DNA of 52,659 bases, the filler included, from Trypethelium eluteriae (Eukaryota): the NCBI GenBank assembly GCA_051942245.1. It is 2 parts of 2 records of this genome, joined end to end, with 100 filler letters (N's around TTAATTAATTAA, not from the genome) between each part and the next. Parts side by side here need not be neighbours in the genome. Positions count along the whole stretch, not along the records: positions 26,391 to 52,659 come from JAVECL010000357.1; 1 more part is not named here. One strand, 5' to 3'. Shown here piece after piece: positions 38,512 through 46,779 of the stretch. Positions within the stretch are counted from its first letter, which is position 1. Each line of letters opens with the position of its first letter. Made by a program: the position numbers and the translations under genes. The notes beneath the pieces were generated by a model. The model did no database searches. It was not told the DNA's origin and saw nothing but the letters and a program-made list of their open reading frames with translations.

Positions 38512-41500
38512 GTGGAGGAAGTGAATACTCTGGATACTCGCTCTTCAGGCTGGATCGTTACAAAGTCGGAGTCTGTTTGGCGATCGCTCTTGTCGTCGCT
38601 ACTCTTTCGACCTTCCGAGATATGCATCTTGCTATGATGTATCAAGTCATGATGTCCTTGAAAGCGCGCTTCACAGTAAGCACAAGCATAAGGCTTCCCT
38701 TGACTATGAGTGAGCAAGTCAGAAGATTCTTCGATGGAGTCGGGACTCGGACTTCGCGCCCAGGACTCAGGCTCGGCAGCAGGAAAGGTGACAGAACTGA
38801 TGCTAGCCTTGCCGCCGTTCCCATCATCTTCGCGCTTTCGGCGCTCCTGGGCATGTAGTTTGGTGTGGCGTTTCAACTCGTGAAGCCTTCGAAAGCGTGC
38901 CTGGCAAGAAATGCACACATAAGGCTTGTCTTGATTGTGGGTGAGTAGATGGCTCTTTAGATTGTGATACGTGGTAAATTCAGCCGAACAATAAGGGCAT
39001 ATATGTTTCTTCTGTTGGAAGCTCCCATGTATAGGGGTAATGGGATTCTCTGGGGTTGGTGTTGGCGGCTCAAGAATTCCGGCAGGGTCCCACTGTGTTG
39101 GCTCAGACATAGATACCGACTCTAATTGCTGTTCCTGTCCCTGACCCATAGCCGTGTTCGCTTGGTCAAAACTGAAGGAGCTCCAGTACGTAAGGGTAAT
39201 GGGATTCGGTACTGGCGGCTCTGGAGCTTGTGTTGCACCTTTTGTTCTAACTCCTTCATGGTCAAATAGCTTCTGGACGCCGTGTTCTATTTCTGATGAT
39301 GACCTGGACATAGCCTTCTGGCTTTCCTTCCGTTCAGCCTGCCGTGGAGGGGTCGTACTTGCGCCATGCTTTGGACTCGCCGGCCTTTGAGCATCAATTT
39401 TTGTACCGGAGCCAGTTTCATGACCTTGAAAGTTGTTGGATCCAGAAAATTTCTCTGGGCGGCACGTCCCTGATCTAGTATAATCTACACGTAGCGGCCT
39501 TCCATTAAGCTCCTTGCCGTGTAGCAAACGCAAAGCGTTCTGCGCGCTCGTTGAATCCGCAAAACGAGCATAGCCAAAGCCTTTGCAAAGTGACGTCTCG
39601 TTGTCAACAACGGTCCAAGCGTCAATTACATTTTCGACATTGGTAAATAAGAACCAGAGTTCTTCTTCGCTCGTTTCATGATCCAAGTTTCCAAGAAACA
39701 GTGAGTCTGTTGGCAGAAGAAGATAATTATCAAAGTAAAAATTATCATCAGGTGCCTTGTACGCGTTATGGCCGAGGGCGAGGTCGTTGTCTATCTGCGG
39801 ATCTGGAATAATCGTGAAACGTGTGGTGTGCGTCTTTGCCGCACCTTCATCCGGTAACCACCAAGTAAGTTTGATTGTGCTTTCCCGGTTCGGATCTGAA
39901 GGAAGATTCAGCCGAGATACGACTTTATCAGATATTAAGCTCTCGCGCTCTGCTATATGACCCGCTATAACCAGATCTGAATGGCCTCTCTGGGGATGCA
40001 GAATTGCTACAGAGAAGGGCTTGTGCTGCGATTGATTATTTTTGTTAGTGATGTTCAACAATAACTCATCTTAGGAGTGGACGTACCCTAAACTCTGGTT
40101 CAGACTCAATGTTATGGACTTCTTCCACTTTAGACTTGTCCTTTACTTCAAGAGCCGCTGGCGGACTGTTCTCAGGTTCCTCGATCGCTACGGGGGCTGC
40201 CTCATTACTTTCCCAGCGTTGGAGAACGGGATTATAGATCATCCCTTTTTCGGCTACATGTACGTCAGTGTACAAGCTTGTATAAGGGTCGTAATCACTG
40301 AGCTTACGTGCGAAATTTGCTTGATTGGGTTCAAGTAGAGAAGGCTGTTGCTCAGGCCCTGCTCTTTGGATTGCACGCGGCACATCATCCGAAGTAGTCT
40401 CGTCTGCAATCGGTTCGATGGGGAAAACGGCTTGAAGACGTTCTTCGTATGGAAGTAGCCATTTCTGATAGGCGTTCCTGAGTGACGCCAAGATCGAATT
40501 GCCGCTAAGACCCAGCTCATGGCTTATTGCAGCCCATTCCCTTGAATCGCAAACTGCTGCAAAGCCTCCTCGGGTATGCACAGCTTGTGTAAGGCCGTAC
40601 AGGTCCAGTGGGTGTGAATCAATCGAGTTATGAGTCCTCATCAGGTCGTTGAAGTATGCTTCCCTGTATCTAGCGAATTGGGGAATCGGACTAGGATATC
40701 CGGCTTGATTGCTGCCTGCGTACGGTAGTCCGGCTTGCAGCTCTTCTTGCGGTTTCTTTGCCGATAGACGCGCTTCAAAATTCCCGAATTCCTCAGTGGG
40801 TACAACAAATTCCACTCCCACTTGGTCACCGAAAATAGATCGCATTTTCAAGTCGGCAAATGCACGCTGAGCACTGATTTCGTCCAGAAAGTCTGCGTAG
40901 CCGAATGCTTTCGAGCTTCCATCTGGATTGGTCATAATACGTACGTCGACCACATTCTCGATTCCCTCGAATAGCTTATTGAGCTCCTTGTCGTCAAACT
41001 TGTCTCCGAGATTATAGACGAGCAGACTTTTTGTGAAGGTACCAGCAGCTACGTACTCCTCCTGCCCATGTTTAGGGTCATCTTCCTCGCCGCCGTATGA
41101 AGTAAGCTCATCGCCGATGGCAGAATTATTCTCAGACTCGCAGTCCCTTGGTAAAGTTGCCATTGCAATGTCTTCCATGTGCCGACTGATGTGCGTACAA
41201 AATCTGCGCGTATCGGTGCCAACTTGCTTGAAACACAAGGGACATTCCCAACCACCGGGCCCGTGAGGATGTTGAGATTTGAGATGACCGACCCAGAAAG
41301 AGTAGCTCAGACCCAGAGTGGGCGAAGATGACAGTCTGCAGCCAGGGAACACGCAGACGTACGGTTTGAGGTCAGACATCAGATGCTTCTTCCATAGCTC
41401 TTTGGTAGACACACTAACTAGCCGACTGCAGGCAAGACAGGTGAATGGGTCGCCACTCTCCGCAGACTTGGGAAGGGGAGGCATCGTTGGTCTGTTTCCT

Positions 41501-43132
41501 TCTAGAATGCTTGAGATCACCGAGGGCGCGATACTTGGGGCAAGGCTCGGAGCATAGCGTGTTGTTGCAGGTAGTGAAGCTCCAATACCGGAGTCATGGA
41601 ACTTCGACGAAGGCGCTACTGTTCGAGCGTCAAGTTGAAGAATCTCTTGATATTTTTCTTCTTCGTTGCTTCTTCTTTGTTCTTGCAGACGAAGCCATCT
41701 TTCCCAGTTCAACTGACCAAGTCGCTCAGCAAGGTCAAGATCGGCTTTCGGAAATGAGCTGCGGATGAGCTCTGTGAATGGCCGATGCTTCGTGATAGTA
41801 GGGCCCAACCCAACATTTGCGAGAGATACAGTACTAGGACAAGAGTGTCCGGGTAAGCCCCAGCAATGTTCTTGCGCCAGCGAGCGGACACTTTTTTCGC
41901 ATGACTGAACTGCTTCATCGCAACCCTCCCGAGCAGGAGACTGTAAAGCAGGGGTAAGCTCCGTTAGACATTGTACATCTGTGTCAAGATCTTCAATCAG
42001 ATCATCCAGATCTTCAGCACTATGATGGTGGCTGCCGTCTCGAACCAAGGACTCGTCCTCAGATTCAGAACTGTCTTCTTCGTCCGATGCGACTCCGAAA
42101 CGGGTCTCCTCGCGGGCATCGTCGAGTTGCGCCACGTGTTTGGCAACGTCTTCGCGGGCTAGATTATCATTCAGGCAGCCTGAAACATTGTGAGTGACTA
42201 TCCCGCGATATTTTGAGCCTCGCATTCTTGCTTGAAATCAGTAAAGTAGTGTGCTTACCACGTGTCAATTTCTTGCCGATGGATCTCAGTAATGAGATCA
42301 CATCAGAACGCAGCTTGATCGATTGCTCCAAGAGATCATCTAGGCGACCTTCCAAAATGTCGTGACCATCTCCCCAAAGTATGAATAAGTGGTAAATTCC
42401 TTCCAACTCCCGGAACACTCTAGGGCCCTCCCCAGGAGCAGTATGCCATTTTTTATCCAATTTCGTGCTCGCAAGTTGTCCCTTCGCCTGCGATGCCCCA
42501 ACAGTATAGCTCGTCGCTTTATCAGCGACGAAATCGGTGCATTTTGTCTTCGCTCGAATGCAAGCAATACATCGCCCTTGCGGATCTTTGGTGACCGGGG
42601 TGCATTTGACCTTCCATTGCCGACAGTGGCCTAAAACTGATCAGCCATTTACCTACATATCCAAGAGGCTGAAGAACCTACCACATTCTGCTAATGCTAT
42701 TTGATGCCCTGGGTCGGTCTTCGCGGTTTGGTAGGTAGCATTGACGTTGCGGGTGTTTGACAGCAGCAAGGCCCTAAGGAGTTCCGATGATGACTTATAC
42801 AGTCGAGCGATAGGTCCGTATAAGTGCGGCTGTGATTCTGTCACGGCGCCTCCACGTAAGAAGTTTTGCAATAGGGACTTGTCAAATTCACCATCGTTTC
42901 GATCTCTCGCGGAGATAGTGAACTGGTGAGCTGCCGTATCCTTTCCCTCGCTCGATGTCGAGGAGCCCTTACGAGCTGCTGAGGGGTGTCTGCTGTCGAT
43001 AGCATGGCTACAGGCATTGCCTTGGCACTCGCAACGATCAGGAGTAGCGGTTTTTGTGATGGAGGTCTGCTCTCGGCGCTCCAAGTCCAAAGTGGGGCCA
43101 GCGGAAACTTTGACTTCAGTCTTTTTGGTCAT
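38478..43132 (-). CDS. ~1493-aa mosaic multidomain protein: helical N-domain with inserted Zn2Cys6, acuF-type C2H2, RRM, ARID, Byr4-like motif, retropepsin-like region, RRM, C2H2 x3; exons 43132-42682, 42630-42259, 42197-40087, 40025-38478
   Basis: Three GT-AG introns (42631-42681, 42198-42258, 40026-40086) join four track ORFs in frame: 451+372+2111+1548 = 4482 nt. The acceptor of intron 2 is the least certain. Confidence 0.75.
41829..41907 (-). mobile_element. 79-bp micro-MITE, copy 5, in frame inside a coding exon
   Basis: Reverse strand reads CAGTCATGCGAAAAAAGTGTCCGCTCGCTGGCGC...CCGGACACTCTTGTCCTAGTACTG-TA and translates as QSCEKSVRSLAQEHCWGLPGHSCPST. Confidence 0.88.
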
Positions 43133-43545
43133 TCTCCACTTGTCATCGTAGTAAGTCTTGAGAGTTCACAAAAACCTCGAAGCTCTCATACTGCAGTGTA
43201 TTAGCAGAGATGTATGCGTTCTCTGCTTGCAGAAGACGCAGCCTATCGAGCCGATTCAGCCTTGCGCAAAGCCTCGACTACTTTCTGGGCTGCACAGCCC
43301 CATAGGATGCAGCCATAATGCATAGAGTCGAAAGCACTGGATTGCCTCTCACTGGCCGATTGCTGCTAAGCTTCAGCCTGACAATTCAAAGGCTCTTCCA
43401 TAATTCCGATTGTCGTTCCTGCTTTCACCATGATGAAGCTCATCCTCTATGACGTTCGTTTCCTACAAAAGCTCACAATTGCTTTCTGTCATTGGCTTGC
43501 CGCATACTGCTTCTAGTTCATGACAAGTTTCATCATGCTTGAAGC
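43133..43545. promoter_or_regulatory. Putative 413-bp bidirectional promoter between the mosaic gene and the HeLo-like/DUF7580 gene
   Basis: Divergent ATGs at 43132 (-) and 43546 (+); inferred from geometry only. Confidence 0.55.
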
Positions 43546-45714
43546 ATGGAGGTAGCAGGTGTAGCGCTGGGCGCTTTGCCGCTCATTGTCGAGGCTGTCA
43601 AGTCATACCGGACGACTTACGAAAAGATCAAAACTATCCGACGTTGGGCACGCGAGGTAATTTACTTTCATTTCGCCTGCCTTGTGCAATAACCAACAAT
43701 GGCCAAGATCAGACTTAGTCTCAGTGCTGACCAGACGTTTACAGGTTACTCATGTGCAGAAGCGCTTGAGAGTCCAGAAAAGACTCTTTGAGAATGAATG
43801 CGCACTGCTACTTGGATCTATTATCAAGTACCCAGAGGAGATTGACACAATCTTAGACGTAGGCTTAGATGTCTCCGGCACCGGAAATGCCCATAACGAG
43901 CATCTCCAGCAGCATCTTGGAAATGACAACTATCAATGTTTCTCGGACATTGTTGAAGAGATGTTAGAGCATCTACGTGACATTCAGAACGACCTCCAAA
44001 TATTCGAAACCCGTAATTGTAAGCCGGGCTCAATGGAATCGACAAGGCGTAGAGTCAGCGACCTCAGAAACGCCGTTATAATTGCCTTCGAGAAAAACGT
44101 CTACCTCAAAAAAATCCTGTATTTAGCGGAGCTGTGCGAGGAGCTGAGGATACTCAGATCACAACTTAATGACAGTGATTCGCAGTCTGGCACGATAGTC
44201 CCTTCAAAAAGACCTAGCAATAGAGAAGTACTCGATCGCTTTCGCGCTGTTCGGGAGGTCTCAGCAACACTCCATGAGGCTTTCGCAAATGCCTGGCCAA
44301 GTTCCTGTGCCGAAGCCACGCACTCACAGCATACGACCTTACTTTGTGTCGATGCGGAAGTGAACGATTGCGTCCGGTTGGACTTAGCCGTCTCTTATGA
44401 ATGCTTGATGCTAAATAGGTAAGTTTCCCTACTCACTCTTTCCATTGAGCGCCTTTTATCTGGAGTGCTCCCTTCCAGTGCTTGAATGGCCTGTGCTAAT
44501 GGTTCTGGAAAAGTCATTCTGTAGACGAGCCACCCATATGGCTATACGTTCGCTCAACCACAACGGAGAACGCGCATGTTGGAGTGGCAGGCAAAAGAAA
44601 GCTTGAGTACACCCATGCGGACCCATGCAGTCCACTCAACTCCAAAGACCTCGGTGTCCATCCGCCTAAAAAGCCTTTCGCGTTAGCGCCAGGCTTGAAT
44701 GGGACTTGCGCTAAGGATTTGGAGAAAGCTTCCGATCGACAATATAAGCAGATATCAATGATAAAGAGGCAAAGGAAACACAATTTGGTAGACGACACCA
44801 AGCTGGAAGTTAAAAAATGGGACCATGACCAGGCTTTTGACGGAATGGAGCCTCAAAGCATGCCCGATACAGCGCGGGATCTCTGTAAGATGAAGAACCT
44901 TTGCCAACACTTCAAGCATCACACTTGTATAAGCCAAAACGAAGAACGATGTCTCGGCTTTCTACAGTCAGAAAAAGCTTTTCGGCACTTCCTATACTCT
45001 GCGGCCACGAAGCGTCCGAAGCCGGTCGGGATGGCACAGCAGGCTCCAATCCCCCTCATCGATGTTGTTCGATGTGAGAATCGCAGCATCATGAGCGTGC
45101 CTCAACAACTGCAGATAGCTCACAAGTTAGCTCTCGCCGTACTTCAGTATCAATCAACGCCCTGGTTGAGATCAGAGTGGGAGCTCGGAGATCTAGGACT
45201 ATTTCTTACTGATGACGATGTCACCGATACGACGCTTTCGACGCTTCACCTCAGTGCCAACTTTCGCAATCAAAAGCGAATTGTCAGCTCGAACCAAAGC
45301 TTATCTGACGTGGACATGGCAATCTCGACACATAATGCGTCAGCCCCGAGTGCAGAGCTCAAACAGTGCAGCAAAACAAACAGAAACAAGGTCGACCTTC
45401 AAACGCATCAAGCTCTCCTCTACGGGGTGGAAAATATGACTCTCTGCAGTCTTGGTATTGCGCTCCTCCAAATTGGTCATCGCAAGTCTCTTCAAGAGCT
45501 CCGCCAAGAGCACGAACCCAACAATCTCTACACAGCTCGTCGCCTAGCCGCCAGCATCAACCCACTGGGACTCAAATTCCAAAAAATCATCCAGAAATGT
45601 CTCCGATGCGACTTCGGTTCCGGCACAGATCTCGAAAGCACGGAATTGCAAGGTGCGGTCTTCAATGATGTGGTTTGTGAGCTTGAGGATTTGATTGGAA
45701 AGTTAACGCTATGA
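43546..45714 (+). CDS. HeLo-like (prion-inhibition-type) N-terminal helical domain + C-terminal DUF7580 (kinase-like) protein; exons 43546-43656, 43745-44418, 44514-45714
   Basis: N-terminus MEVAGVALGALPLIVEAVKSY...L.VQK.LFENEC.LLL. C-terminus QLQIAHKLALAVLQYQSTPWL..EW...DL..F, N.TL.SLGIALLQIG and F.KII.KCL.CDFG.G.DL....LQ.AV..DVV.ELE. Introns 43657-43744 and 44419-44513 restore the frame. Confidence 0.82.
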
Positions 45715-46013
45715 TTTTCCATCCTGAGCCCATATCAAGCACCAGCTCAAAGACAGAAAGCTTGGAACGATCAGTAGTTTGCCACTCTTTCGTCTGATAG
45801 CAGCGGGCAGGCTATGACGTTTACTATCTCGTCACATTATGCATGGAATATGTTCTGCTGCCTCGAGCCCTACAGTCCGAACGCAAACAAGAAATTCATC
45901 AAAGCTTTGACGAAACTTCTCCACGTCGCGCTTTTCATCGGCGGCTGGGCCTCTTTTCTCGTCCCGCCCGTCCGGTACAACTATCTACTGCTCCTGAAGA
46001 TGTGCCGAAACTA

Positions 46014-46092
46014 CAGTACTAGGATAAAAGGATCCGTGCAACCACCAGCAATTTTCTCACGCCAGCGAGCGTGTACTTTTCTCGCCTGACTG
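46014..46092 (-). mobile_element. 79-bp micro-MITE, copy 6 (complete)
   Basis: TA-CAGTACTAGGATAAAAG...CCAGCAATTTTCTCACGCCAGCGAGCG...TTTTCTCGCCTGACTG-TA. Confidence 0.82.
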
Positions 46093-46779
46093 TACATGCC
46101 TGGTGAGATCCTGGCGCCCCTGAAAATCGCTCCGGGAAAGAGCTGCAGAGACAGTATGTTTGTTTGAGCGAATTGTCGGTCGAGAGTTAGCCGCTCGAAG
46201 CAGATAATCCCACATCGTGAGTAGGGGAAGCGGTTGGATCATCCGGCGTAAGAGTTGGCGAGGGTTGAATTCGCGACACTGCGTTTGGATGTTGGCTTCG
46301 TCATGTTCACTGTGGGGTTTATAATGTAAGTTGCATTTGGGACAAAGGGCCCTGGGCTAAAGAGCTTAGGGCTAGGGTGCTAGAAGCCTCCAAGTTTTGG
46401 GGGAGGGTACACGGAAGTCGGTTCACAGTTCACAATTCATTGAGATGTGATGTACATTCTCACGTCTCCCGTGTATTCGCATCGCTTCTCAACCTCGAGC
46501 TCAATCTCATCATGTCTATCCATATTCCTTCCACCTTCCACATTCGCATCAACTTCGTTCGAAAGTTCGAGCTCAGACCGAAGATGCTGCGATAGCTCCG
46601 GACTAGGCTGGAGATGATACTTGTATGCTCATTGAGTCCGGACTCTTCGGTAGTATTGTCAAGGAACATCCTATCTGCCACACATAGTTCCGCCCAGTCT
46701 ATAGTTCGATGAAGGCGGCTGAGCTTCGTGGTTTTCCTGAAGGTGATGTGGAGGAGGTTGTGAAACATTGCCAAGTGGG

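Noticed and set aside
39421..39450. FSGSNNFQG as a fungal amyloid signalling motif
   Set aside because: Single, short and internal; no matching motif was found in the neighbouring HeLo-like protein.
26904..46092. The 79-bp repeats as a CRISPR array or introner-like elements
   Set aside because: They are dispersed, in both orientations and have no regular spacers. They have TIR/TA ends rather than GT-AG ends, and most copies are outside exons.
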